This document shows positions 1-12,262 of a stretch of 64,000 nt of DNA, piece after piece. The notes beneath the pieces are model-generated. The model was not told where the DNA came from and searched no databases. It was given only the letters and a program-made list of their open reading frames with translations. Source of the stretch: Patellaria atrata CBS 101060. Its lineage: Eukaryota. Location: positions 1,971,561 through 2,035,560 of the forward strand of contig MU006089.1 in NCBI GenBank assembly GCA_010093705.1, in the 5' to 3' direction. The translations under genes were made by a program, and so were the position numbers. How positions within the stretch are numbered: position 1 is the stretch's first letter; every line of letters begins with the position of its first letter.

Positions 1-2
1 GA

Positions 3-143
3 TGGGCTATCTTCGAACTTCGGGCTGATCAGCGGCTCGGACCGGGGATGGCCTGCATGCCCTTTGATGGACAAAGCGTTGAAGTCGAGAACAGCGGAGA
101 GTTGTTCATGCGAGATATTGGAGATCCGGTAATGATTGGTTAA
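3..143 (+). CDS. Possible 3' end of a gene entering from the left edge
   Basis: Open frame WAIFELRADQRLGPG...DPVMIG ends at TAA 141-143; no recognisable motif. Confidence 0.25.
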   Translation, partial: WAIFELRADQRLGPGMACMPFDGQSVEVENSGELFMRDIGDPVMIG

Positions 144-865
144 CCCCACACTCTTGCTAAGGTGCTAAGGTCGGTATTTGACAAGGCTGCACTTCTTCCT
201 GCCTCATATTGCATAGCTTGCCCCGATATCAACACCACTATAATATATGAACATGGCGACATGCCCAATAATCTCTACTACAACCCCCCTCCTCAAGCAA
301 AGCTTGGTCCAGCTAGTCTTCTCTTGTTTCCCTCATGATCTGTCATACAGGATACAACCTGCACTTCTCCGTTCCCTGCGTCCCTTGGTCGTCGACTCCA
401 GTACTCTGGGTTCGGTCGAGACTTTTATTGCGCAGATGTTCGCTCTTCACTTTCCTATCCTGTCCTATATCCTCCTCAACGGTCAACTAGGGAAGTTACT
501 ACTGAGTAGTATAGTGTACCGCTTACGGTAGTTCTTTATACGTCAAGGATCATCAAGGCCGCTACTAGAGCGGAGGTGGAAGGTGAGCTGCCCAGGCACA
601 TGCCTGAACTGGGTCGATCGCACTTTCTCTCAATGACAGTGGTTGGCCAAATCTCAAAGAGAATGTCTTGACCGTTGTAGGAAGGTTCCCCCGTTGACGA
701 CAACCATGACCGGGACGTATCATTCGTATCATTCTCCCTGTCACTTCCATTCGCGTACAGGGTAAGGTGTAGAGCTCTCTTTCCCTATCCAGATAAATAG
801 ACCTTCATGCCTCATCTCATAACCCTCTTGACCTCTTCAGCAGTACCATCAAGCTCGCCGTCACC

Positions 866-2187
866 ATGAAGGTCCAATTTTTATCAACTCTCTTTGTATC
901 TCTAGCAGCCGCTGCGGCGGTTCAGAAGAGAACCAACTATGGAGGCTACAAGGTCTTCCGTGTCGCGTACGGCTCGGATTCCTCAAGTGTAGATAACATT
1001 GTTTCATCTTTGTCTCTTCAAACCTGGAAAGCCGCCGCGAAGAACACGGGCCATGTCGACGTCGTGGTCCCCCCTGAGCAACTCGAGGCGTTCGAAGAGG
1101 CTACAGCCGATCTTGAAACCAGCGTGATGCACAAGAACTTGGGAGCTTCCATTGCCCAAGAAGAAGACTTTGGCGTCTATATCGGTATGTATATAGATCA
1201 GATCCAAGGAGTCGAAAAGAAGTTAACCACGTAACTCATATAGCCGGTTCCGCAAACTCAACTTGGTTCAACTCCTACCACTCCTACGCCGACCATCTCA
1301 CATTTCTAAACGACCTCAAGGCTCTCCGGCCTTCAAACTCCGAAATCATCACCGCCGGGACGTCCGTGCAAGGCCGTCCCATCACCGGCATCCACTTCTG
1401 GGGTAGCGGCGGCAAGGGCTCCAAGCCCGCCATCGTCTTCCACTCCACCGTTCACGCGCGCGAATGGATCACAACCATGGTCAACGAATACTTCGCCTAC
1501 ACCCTCCTGAGCGGCTACACCACCGACGCGACGATCAAATCCTACGTCGACAAATACGACTTCTACATCTTCCCCGTCGTGAACCCGGATGGCTTTGTCT
1601 ACACACAAACCAACGACCGCCTCTGGCGCAAGAACCGCCAAACCGTCTCCAGCAGCTCCTGCCTCGGCCGCGACATCAACCGCAACTGGCCCTACAAGTG
1701 GGACGTCCCCGGCGGCTCCTCGACCAGCCCCTGCGCCGAGACCTACCGCGGCCAAGCCGGCGGCGACGCCCCCGAGACAAAGGGCCTCAGCGCGCACGTC
1801 AACGCCCTCGCGAACTCGGCCCAGGGTCTCAAGCTTTTCATCGACTGGCATAGCTACTCGCAGCTCTTCATGACGCCGTACGGGTACTCGTGCAGCGCGC
1901 GCCACCCCAACGACGCCGAGCTCCAGTCTCTGGCCCGCGGTGTGGCGAACGCGTTCGCGGGCCCGTATGGCACGCGCTTCCAGTATGGGCCTATCTGCTC
2001 CACTATCTACCAGGCTACCGGAAGCAGCGTCGATTACGTCGCTGATGTGAGCAAGGGGAAGTATGTCTTTACGGCCGAGTTGAGGGATACGGGGACTTAT
2101 GGGTTTGTTTTGCCGCCTTCGCAGATTAGGCCGAGTGCGCTGGAGACGTGGGAGGGGGTTAAGTATTTGCTTGCTAATATGAAGTAG
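866..2187 (+). CDS. Secreted zinc metallocarboxypeptidase, M14A (carboxypeptidase A/B-like) with prodomain
   Basis: Signal peptide MKVQFLSTLFVSLAAAAAV; intron 1185-1243 (GTATGT...TAG) joins the two ORFs; M14 motifs HAREW, NPDG, WRKNR, DINRNW, DWHSYSQ and ELRD. Confidence 0.95.
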
Positions 2188-2216
2188 GAAGTTATGGTGT
2201 ATATTTATGGGGTGCG

Positions 2217-2247
2217 GTGATGAAGTGATGAAGTGATGAAGTGATGA
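2217..2247 (+). repeat. (GTGATGAA)n microsatellite, about 4 units
   Basis: Tandem units visible in the carboxypeptidase 3' region. Confidence 0.85.
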
Positions 2248-2904
2248 GATATGAGGTTAGCGAGGCGTATGGAGTTGAGTTGGTGAGTATGGGAGGTGTA
2301 GATGTAGTGGAGTAGATCGATTGTGAATATTGTAACATAGCTATCACATTCGAAATCAGAGCTTAACACCTACCTCAACCTTCCTATTCCGTACCATACC
2401 GAAGAGGGAAGGTCCTAATAAGCTTTTTTTTTTTTTTGCCCTGTGCTATCGACCGAGCCAAACGCTCCTTCGTACCTATCTGCTGGATCTGATAACTCCG
2501 AACGAACACGCATGAACGACTTGCCCATTAGATAATGTAGGATACCTTATGCGAGTCGAAGCACCATGCACGACATCCCGAGTACCCACCTGTCACCGGA
2601 CGGGAAAGCGGAGTGGAGTAATCAAGGTCTGGTATCGAGATCCAGTGTAGGTAGATACCTTGCCTTACAGTTCACTTAACGCCCGCCTCGACTTGGGATA
2701 GGTAGCAGACCCAGGGTTGGCTCGTGAAGGGATGGATTGCGTTTTATAGAGAAAATTGGAGGGGGGAGTGGGGGAGTTTGATTATCAGGATCCGATTTCG
2801 GTACTGACGTTTGTCTGTCTGTAAGGTACAGCACGTAGGTTGGGATTGGAAAAGAGGTCGGAAATACGATAGGGTATCTTATGTGAGGTAGGTAGGGTGT
2901 GGAA

Positions 2905-2946
2905 TGGAAATGGAAATGGAAATGGAAATGGAAATGGAAATGGAAA
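2905..2946 (+). repeat. (TGGAAA)7 microsatellite
   Basis: Perfect hexamer tandem repeat. Confidence 0.95.
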
Positions 2947-3808
2947 GCCTGATGAACTAATAAGGTGGACGTACTGCTGGTGCTGGACAGTACCTTAGGG
3001 GATCTCAGAATACATACCTTACCCGTCCCGTATCGCCTCTTACAAAAGTCTTTCTCTTTTCGCTGAACTTACCTAGGTTTCATCGCCTCCCTCAGTTGGA
3101 GGCCTACGGTAATCACCTTGCACTCGACCTGTGCTTTGTACTCGTACTGGAACAGAAAGTAGCCGGGGAGGACTCTGCCTTGATGTCTTCCTTTCACCTG
3201 TAAATGTCCCGCTTGTCCCGCCATGCTGTGGGAATACGGTACTTCTATTTCAGCTCGCATCCACCGATTAGGCTTGAAGGAAGGATGAGCTGATGTCATT
3301 TATGCTAAGATAGTCGAAGGAACGGTGAGGCTGAGCTGAGCTGAAATGCTCCCGCACGAGTCAGGGGAGGAATCGTCAAGCGAGGAGAAAAACGCACAAA
3401 AAGCCGCAAAATGATAAATCGACGGAAAAGGGGAAATTCCACGCTCATGTCGTTGAAGTAAAGTGATGATAAAAGTCATAGTCACGATTTCACTAGAAAG
3501 AAAAAAGTTGGAGAGAGGGTACACATATTCATTCGATCATATCCTACATAACCGTGAGCCCTCCTCCCGAAACGCCCGTGATGCTTAAACCCGCAAATGC
3601 CTTTTGTCTTCCATGACCATCCGCCAGTCTCGTACCCACATGCGCATCAAGCGCGTGACATGATCTTTTCACCTCATCCTGCACCTCCGACAGCTCGGTC
3701 GGCGATCTTCTCCCTGGTATACCCAAGACTACATCATCGCTGAACCCGTCAACGCCGTCAACGCCTGAAACCCAATTAGCCAACAAAAGACGAAGGAGGG
3801 AATTGGTA

Positions 3809-4815
3809 TCAGAGCTCCGCTGCAATGCCAGGCTCGTCGCACACAAAGGGTGTTGCGCCTGAGTCGGCGTGCAATTCGAAGAACTTTCCACCAAACCCGT
3901 CAACGAAGTTCGCTGAAGCTGAAAAAGTGTTGCAAGACGTATTAGCGTCGAGGGAAGAGGAGAAGAAGGAGTCCTGCTGTTGTTCCAGGAGGGAAGTGTC
4001 GCTGTCCACGAGCGAAGTAAGGTCGAAGAAATCGCCGAATAAATTGTCGTTAGCGACAGCTGGATGTTGAAGAGTAAGAGAAGGGCAATCATCGAATTGC
4101 ATGCACTTCGTGTCTGGAGTACCGAAGTCGAGGCTGAGAGGTGTTTGGGCGAATCCGACTGACACTGCAGGTCGCACAACATTGCTGCAGAATGTTGTGT
4201 CCGGTCGGATTCACTCATCATCAGCTCGCCGGTCGGTGTGGATGGTTGACTGATTGTGTCGAATGGAGAGTCCATGCTGTCGAGAGTCATAGATTCCGGG
4301 CTAGGAAAAGACGTCTGACGTGGGTTCACGGTGTCGTCCGATGGGTGTGCTGATTGTAGATGTGATGGGTTGTTTAGAAAGTTTGGGATTTTAGAGAAAA
4401 GTTCTTCGACAGTGTTGAGGTCAACAGGTGTTTGACCTTCAAGTGGTGCTCCAGTTTCTCTATACGATCGGAGTTCAGCTGTCATCAACTTCACATGATC
4501 CCTAATATTTTGTAGACGCATTTCGAGTTCGTCTTTCTCTGCCTGAAGGTGTTCCACTTCTTGGCGCTTGCGCTCCCTTGAGTTATGGGCTGCAAGTCTG
4601 TTACGCTTGACACGTTCGATGCGCCGTTGTTCCTTCTCATCGGCAGTCTTGGCCCGTTTCCTTGGGGGAAGGTTGGTCTTGGGTTCTGGGAGTACTTGAC
4701 CCCATGACTTTCTCTTCTTTGCGGGCTTTGCCTCTGTGGCGGGGGGTGTGGCAGACAGAGAGTCTGGCGACTGCTGGAAATTTTCCATTTTAATGGTGGT
4801 TGGTTGTTCGGCCAT
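3809..4815 (-). CDS. hacA: UPR bZIP transcription factor HacA/Hac1, induced (spliced) form; the unspliced frame runs on to 3544
   Basis: KKRKSWGQVLPEPKTNLPPRKRAKT..EKEQRRIERVKRNRLAAHNSRERKR bZIP and QHSAAMLCDLQC intron-spanning signature. Removing 4168-4187 gives ..QHSAVSVGFAQTP..GIAAEL*. Start placed at MAEQP (4815); in-frame ATGs also occur at 4923 and 4962. Confidence 0.95.
4168..4187 (-). other. 20-nt unconventional (Ire1-cleaved) intron of hacA within a bifurcated stem-loop (4151-4212)
   Basis: Two CTG^CAG sites lie 20 nt apart. The 5' site is in a 7-nt loop closed by CACAACATT/AATGTTGTG, the 3' site in a 7-nt loop closed by GAC/GTC, and the basal stem is GAATCCGAC/GTCGGATTC. Confidence 0.95.
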
Positions 4816-7440
4816 GGTAACCGTGGGTGAGACCTTTGATGAGGACGAGGATGAGGATGGAGGTAAAGTCTTAGTGGTGGACAGATTGTTGTTCTTGTTT
4901 GTGGAGTGGATGTTATCGTTCATGAAAGCAACAAGAGAAGTTCGAAGAATGTCCGTCTCCATAAGGGTTGACTGCACAGAGAATGCATATGGATGGAGAT
5001 CGGGAGGCGGGTGATGGTGGGTTGAAGTGGTAGTTGGAACAGGGCAACAAAGGAGACAGGTGTCCTTTATGTAGCTGGGAGCCTGAACGATTACGATGGG
5101 GAAGCGAATTACGCTAATCACTCTAGCCCAAGGGGTGCCGCGCACTGACCGAAGTGACCGAAACGACCCCTGGCCCTGAAAGCGATGCACTTTAAAAATA
5201 AATTATCGCGGCTGATCACAGTACATCATTCTATAAACCTTCCAGGCCTACTTTTTGCCCTCCATATTGCCATCATTTTGCTTGAATTCTTCGACGGCCC
5301 GTACAGATAATGTGAAAATTGGATGTCCAGTACTGTAAAGGTAGGACCGAGGTCTTTCCTATTTGGCTGCTTGTCGCACCATTATCAACGATTCGCACAT
5401 TCCCAATTTAGGTGGATCGCGATGACATCTCCTTCCAGATTGGGGAGAAATACCGTAAAATAAATGAAGGAGGGTATGTTTTAAGGAGGTACCTCCACCT
5501 CCATTGTGTGAGAGGATAAGGCAAGGTACCTTATTACTACTGTAATGTACAGTGCTGTAGTAACCTAAAGATTCTGATGATTGACCTTAGGGTTACTCTA
5601 TCATTCTTCCCCCACACAGAACAGAACTCGGGCCCCTGAATGTCAACCAAACCCTCCGTAGAGGCTAGTTCTATCCAACAACCCCAAACTCTCCGCGATA
5701 TCTTTGGTAGCTTCCTTCCCTATTCTTGTATATACAGTAACATGTGAAGCGAACCTCTACCTACCTACATTATGCACCAACTCTCCAACAGGCAGCTACA
5801 TTTGTTTGTAAAACAGTACGATAAGGAAAGGTAACGTCTGTATTCGCAATGATGACGATGCAGTCGAAACACGAAGACGGCGTACAGTAGTACCCGATAC
5901 AGTCAGACCAGGTCTGCCTTCCAGATCCTCAAATTCGCCCAATAACACTTGAAGTTATCCTGCCGCCTATTTCCAGTATAGTATTATGAAGATACTTTTC
6001 ACCTTTAGGCCCACGATAGTCGAATTAGGTAGATGAATTTTCCTCCTCATCTTTTTAGTTCTGACTTCGTCGTGCTCATGCTCTCTCCACTTTTCCTTCC
6101 TACTGTAACACTTGCTGATGTGGGATATACACGAACTTAGCCAATAAACTTTTTCGTGCAGGAAATCATTTTCGATCTTTGATCCAGCTCAGATCCTCAC
6201 AGTCAGCTCCTCGACTCGTGGATTCTCAGCAGGAAAAGCCTCTCAGACACGACCTGCATATCTCGTTGACATTCGAAATCACACCGCATCACTTCAAACA
6301 CCACAAAAGTGCATTCCAACAACAACAAATCCAACTTCACAGCACGCAAAATAATCCCCTCACTTTTCATAGCCATCTTACAGTACCTTACCTTCCTCCC
6401 TCCTTCTAGAAGCCCGCACATGACACCAGAATTACCCCAGACTCCACCGCAATTAATATCTGTTTCCCGGCTGTGCCGTGCATGAACGAACCCTCAAATA
6501 CCCAGGCTTCCCGTCGATATTAAAGTTATTAACATCACGCCTCTCCCCAGATTATCGACCTTTCGAAGAAGAAAAAAAAAAACTACCCGCTGCATGTCAA
6601 ACATTTCGAGACTAACTAGACGTACTGTACCTTACTCGAACTCTTCGAAACGGGCTTTCAACCGCCTCATCATCCGGTAGCGAAAGTACAAGGTAACCTT
6701 TTCACGCTTCTATTCAATGTACTGCATCGCTTATGATATCCAGGCCCTCAAATTTCCCTCAGGTCAAAGAAGAATCAAGGCATCCTACAGTACTGTACTG
6801 CACCTCCAAAGCAGCTCGAGATTTTCGAAATCACCTCCAAACGGGAAGGGTTGCTCAAGGCTTGGAGTGACTGGAAGGCTCGCCTCACCTCACCAGGTCT
6901 AAGAAGCCCAAACTACTACACGATACTCTACCGCATACGGTAGACACGTGCTCTTCATACCAAACCCGTTCACATAGTAAAACAAACCCCACTGCCCAAT
7001 ATGCAATTGCTTTATTACTCCCACATGGCCACCATCCTCAAATTACCCCATAAAAACCCTTTCGCACCAACGTGACTTCCCTCAAACCTTCCATAATACT
7101 TCCATCCTTCTAGCTCCCCACCAGGACCCACTCCAATATATACAAAGTACCTCAACTTCCGTCCTACCTTAAAGTAGCTCCCTTTCAATGGAAGGACGCC
7201 GATCCGGGGTAAAATGAAAGATCTGGGGTACCAGATCGCCCGTGACGAACTCCAATTTGTAATTTCTTCCCTCCGCTTCTAGACTACCGCTCAATGTATG
7301 ATCAAACAGTAGCTCATCACGAGATTCCATACAGTATGGTAGACATTACGAGGAAAGGGAGCTCTATTCCTCTTCCATCCAAAAAGAAAAAAGAAAAAAT
7401 CCGGGGAAAGCTTCACATGACTTCACGAGCGACCTTGAGG

Positions 7441-7479
7441 TAAGGTAAGGTATGGTAAGGTAAGGTAAGGTAAGGTAAG
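7441..7479 (+). repeat. (TAAGG)n microsatellite with one variant unit
   Basis: taaggtaaggtatggtaaggtaaggtaaggtaaggtaag. Confidence 0.9.
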
Positions 7480-7600
7480 CTCTCACCTCATCCAATCTCA
7501 CCATCGTTTTCAACCGAGCAGACTCTATCACAGCACCTCACCCACAATTACCCTCCACCATACCCACAAACATCTCCAATTTTCTTCCTCCATCTGTCCC

Positions 7601-10600
7601 TCACAAACCCCCCAAATCCTGCCCCGCCCTCGCCAACGCCTCAAACACCCTCGGCGGGAGCTTATACCTCACCAACCCGACAAAAACCATCAAATCCCTC
7701 GCCTTGCCCAAAAGCTCATCCGCCAGCGCCCGTCTGGATGGGACATCCTCCCACCCTCCCTCGCCTAGCAACTCTTCCCTCCTGCGCCCGCAACACGCGA
7801 TGGCCCACATGAGCAAATTGCCCACATTGCGCGCGACGACGGGCTGGAGGGCGTTAAAATTCTGCGCGTGCGCCCGGATCTGCGGGATCGAGCCCCTCGC
7901 TGTCAGCGGGAGGAGCTCAAGCTTGGTGATGAGGTCGACGGCCTCGATCCACTTGTGCTGCGCCACGAGGGCGCGGGCGCGCGACATGTCGAGGAGGACG
8001 CCGCAGGCTGCGCGGTTCGCGGTCGAGATGCGGGAGAAGTATCCGGCGTCGCGGTCGTAGAAGGATATCATGTTTTTGGCGAGGATGACGGGGTCGTCGA
8101 CGGCGGTGAGGGAAAGGCTGTAGTCTGCTTGTTTTGTCTGCTGGGCTGAAGCCGTGGTGCGTGGTTTGAGGGGCTCGAGGCGGATGTGGTCTTCGCCGAG
8201 GTCGAGGGAGAGGGCGTCGGAGAGGGAGCGGTTGATGATGCTGACGACGTTGTCGTATTCGCCTGCGAGGTGGTAGAGGAGGACTGCGTCTGTAATGCGG
8301 CCGCTGTCGTCGGCTACCGAGGCCGCATTGATGGTAATGCTCTTGAGGAAGTCGTCTTGGTCGGATAGGCCGAGCAGCTTGAGCCGTTGCTCGATTGCGC
8401 CTTTGATACGTTGCCCGTTGATGCCGAGATCGCCAAGTAATAGGGCGAACTCGCGCGTTTCGAGGACTAGCTCTCGCAGAGCTGCGTGGCAGAGATCAAC
8501 TTGGAGGCGACCGGCTTCCCCTCGCAGATCGGCATTGAGACAGATGAGAGTGAGATAGTCGGTGGCAGCTTCGGCCTTGGCCGTGCGGAAGTCTCTGGTG
8601 TAGACACCTAGCATGCGGCCAAAGTTGAGTTGTGGCTGCTGCTTCGTAGTAAATGTCACTAGACGGAAAGTCAGTCGTATATTTCTGATAAGCTCCGGAG
8701 CCAACTTACGCAATTCAGACTCCGACACCGTCCAGTTAGAGACGCGCAGCAAGCCATAGAACGTCAGTCCAATGGCAAAATGCACAGCAGCAACATAATT
8801 GTGTGGATACAGATACGCAACTGCCTGTTCAAACATGCCACACAAGATCTGTAGGTAAAAGTAAACACTGTAGCCACCAGCTTCTTGGTCATTTCCAGGC
8901 GCAAAATGTCTCGCACCGATTTCTTTGATATCGGAGCGAAGATCCTCGAGACCGAAAAAATCTCCTGCCGCTTCTTCGACACGACTCACTTCTCGCGCAA
9001 GGGCGAACTGAAGCCACAACCAATCATCTAAGCCCTGGTTGATGCCTTCAAGGCTCCGTTTTCCAAGATCACATCGACCGATGATCTTGTAGCAAGCTTG
9101 ACGGTAAGGATCAATATTCTGTTCCGCGTTCTTCGCCTGCGATTGATATTCGTTCTCAATCTTACGCTGCGTGGCTGATTCTATCCGGCCATCGGTACTC
9201 TTGTAGAATGCCAAGAGGTAATTATAGAAATTCCTCGAGAGCGATTTAAATGCCCGCTCATTATCTTTCACATATTGAACGGCTTCGAGCACGAGCCCGC
9301 AGCGAAGGAGATAAAAGACAAGCACCCAACAGTAGTCATCCTCGATCTTTTGGAGTTTTTCCACGTCGCTCCCCAGCTCTTTGCGTGCTGCTCGAAGACG
9401 GACATATGCCTTAATCCTATGGGTATCTGTGGGAACGCCACCTAATTTTGCTTCTTCTCGCGATTTCAAGATTGTTTCTCTAACTCTGTTGAAGAATTGT
9501 TTCTCGAGGAACCTTCGTGATCCATTGAGAATACGTTTGCGAATGGAGATGCTCCTTGCTGAATTAGGAGATTCATCCAGATACTCATCAAAGTATTGTC
9601 GTTCCCTGATAGCCCCAGGATCGGACGGTCGTTGTATGTCAGGATTCTCGCCAGTGATTTCGATCAGAGCTCTATACGCATCATCCAATTTCGCAACGTT
9701 CTAATCACAAGTCAGTGAACTGATGGAGGAAAAATAACTGTGGTCATCACTTACATCCAAGCCCGGTTGAGATTCTGCCTCCGCAAATTGGGTCAAAAGG
9801 GGGAAAACTAAGTCCTGTAATCTATGCAGATTAAGCTCCTTGACCTTCTCAGCGTATTTTTCTTGCTTGTTTCTCTGGTGTGGATCTTCTCCAAAAGACT
9901 GGCCCTCAGAGCTCTTAGTTGACACATCTGTAAAAGATTTATTTCCGCGTGTGGACGCTCTTCCAACCGGACCTCCCAGAACAGAGCGTCCCAAAGATGC
10001 ACCAAAAGTACTCCCACTCATGCCTGAACTGCCTAGTGGGCGACCTCTACGAGATGACTTGCCGAAAGCTCCACGGTCATCCTCACCGATTCCGCTAATG
10101 CCGGCCCCAGAATAGTCCTCTGATTTGGCCAATCCGAAATGTTCGTAGATCCGTCGACGCTGGGCGTCCCATTCCATCTGAACGTTTTCCTCTAGAAACG
10201 CGTCAAAGTCCCGTTTAGATTGTTCAAGACCTTCAGCTATAAGATCTAAAGTGGATTGGGTTTGGAGGTTGGAGAGGTAGCCATCAATATCTGTGTCGAG
10301 GCCGGAAATCCCTGTAGGGACCGGAACATTTGTTTGCGCATTTAAATTGTTCAGGTCTCGAAGAGCAGCTCCTGTTTGCACACCGGATGCAGCAAGTAGA
10401 TAATGACTGTAAACTGTTAGCATCCATCATTACATCTCCATAAGAGCATACTCACGTCTTTACGTCTCCAGCACGTGCTTGTGAAGCTGAAGGACCTCCA
10501 GTGCCCAGGTTTCTGACTTTCCTGGCAATATCACCTAATCCTAACTGTAGAGTAGGAAGATCTCCCAGAAAACTTCCAGCATTCTCCTGGTTCTGTCTCT

Positions 10601-11420
10601 TCTTACTTCTCTCTAGAAGATGATCAAAGTACGAGGACGTTCCGGGAACGTTTTGTGCTTGGGTTCCGTCTTGTGCTTGTTGGGGCACTTGCTGCTGCTG
10701 CTGTTGTTGCTCCATTGGTCGTCCGATTCCACCCATACTTCCAAAGAGGGAATTGGAAGCCGCTGGTGCACTTGTGGCAGGGGCATTGTTGGTTCCTAAA
10801 CCTCCAAATAATGCTCCTGTAGATGCTGGTGTCTGTACAGTTGAAGCTCCTAGCCCACTGAATAATCCACCAGAAGCTGCTGGCTTTGGTTGACCCAAAC
10901 TTGGAAATAAATTTGAACCTTGTGCCGTCTGCTGTTGCTGAGGTTGCGATGTCCCTAGACCGCCAAAAAGGCTTCCACCTAGAGCGGGTTTCTGTTCCTG
11001 AGCTGGCGTCTGCGAAGTTCCCAGATTACTGAACGCGCCTCCACCCGTCGTTCCAGAATGTTGTTGTGGTTGAGATGTACCGAGATTACTGAATAAGCTT
11101 GATCCTGAACTGGCGCCTGTATTCTGCTGTGCTGCGCCGCCTAAATTGGAGAATAAGGTAGACGTTCCAGTCGATGGCTGCTGAGGTGCGGAGGAAGTCG
11201 CATTTCCCAGGTTCCCAAACGATCCCCCAAAACCCGATTGTTGCTGCTGTTGCCCACCTCCAAGACCCCCAAAACCAGAGTTTTGCTGCTGTGTACCGGT
11301 ATTTGCGGCCCCGAAAAGACCTCCTGTCGACTGTGCTGTGGTTGCTGGCGTACTCAGATTTCCGAACAGATTACCACCTGGCTTACTGGTACCGCCGCCA
11401 AGATTTCCAAACAGAGACAT
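7601..11420 (-). CDS. NIC96: Nucleoporin Nic96/Nup93 with FG-rich N-terminal extension
   Basis: Start MSLFGNLGGG at 11420; introns 10407-10455, 9701-9754 and 8659-8709 join three track ORFs. Motifs LPTLQLGLGDI, HYLLAASG, W..VFYLLRCG, DPY...CYKIIGRCD and DWLWLQ. Confidence 0.92.
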
Positions 11421-12158
11421 TGCGGGCGGCAGAAGAACAGAACTAGTAGTAACAAATGTTACGGAGCGACGGGCAGGCGGAGGTGTAAAAGATCCGTAGC
11501 TGGTGATGCTCGCGAACGCGCTGTTATGAATTTCTTTGGAGCTATTTCCCTTGTTCGTACAGTGAGCCGGGAAAACCTCGGCGTTGTCCTTCACAGGGCC
11601 GACCACAAACCTGCCGTCTGATACCAGATAACTTCAGAATGCCATAGTTACACTTTTCTCTGAGATCAAGTGTCATTAATGTGATACCGATGTCTAATTC
11701 AGTTTCTTTCCTGGACTAGACATCAACGTCAAGGGAGAATCTTCATCCCATGAACTCCTAATGCCCTTCTCATTCACTAATCTTTTAGCTCCTATTCATT
11801 TCCTCCCAGCTTCAATTACAATCAATCTCCTTTTAATTTAAAAATAGAGTCTGATAATAACTTCCATCGGTAAATTGTTACTTGACTTCATGTGAGCGTG
11901 GGTATACCACCTTGAAGATAGTCTAAACGTGGAAGAATACCAAACCTACGTAGTTAAGATAGTAGTAATAGTCTTCTATATAGATAGCTGGAACGATAGC
12001 ATGTGCTACAAGAGTCAAGATATCACCAGTAAAGGGGCAGAGCATAAACGTGACTCCATCACAAACAAGATATTTCGTCACAAGCATACATTACCTTTCC
12101 CAAATCAGTCACCTAGCCAGTTACTTTATTTATGAGCTCCGCAGAAGACATCTCTAAT

Positions 12159-12262
12159 TCCGCCGTGGTGTAGTTGGTTATTCCCTTTGTCAATTTCCTT
12201 CAGTCAATTTCGTATTTCCTTTAATCCACTGTTCGAGTCCCACCAACTACACTTCGGCGGAC
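12159..12262 (+). ncRNA. Putative Pol III-transcribed, tRNA-derived hairpin RNA (non-cloverleaf)
   Basis: tRNA-like 5' end TCCGCCG-TG-GTGTAGTTGGTTA (A box) and B box GTTCGAGTCC at 12231-12240. 12159-12178 pairs with 12242-12261. T-tracts follow at 12284-12342. Confidence 0.55.

Noticed and set aside
1333..1905. Long antisense or alternate-frame ORFs here and over other GC-rich genes (e.g. 7704-8558, 35528-36040, 45044-45457, 54035-54625, 57476-58003)
   Set aside because: Shadow ORFs caused by biased codon usage of the real gene; no protein motifs.
2905..2946. Telomere-like or CRISPR-like repeat (also 7441-7479)
   Set aside because: Simple short microsatellites without spacers; not TTAGGG.
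10452..11606. Stand-alone FG nucleoporin (Nsp1/Nup49-like)
   Set aside because: It splices in frame (10407-10455) to Nic96 core exons and contains the Nic96 LPTLQLGL motif.
12159..12262. Canonical or intron-containing tRNA-Asp(GTC)
   Set aside because: D-, anticodon and T-stems cannot pair, and the B box to acceptor spacing is too long; kept only as a tRNA-derived ncRNA candidate.
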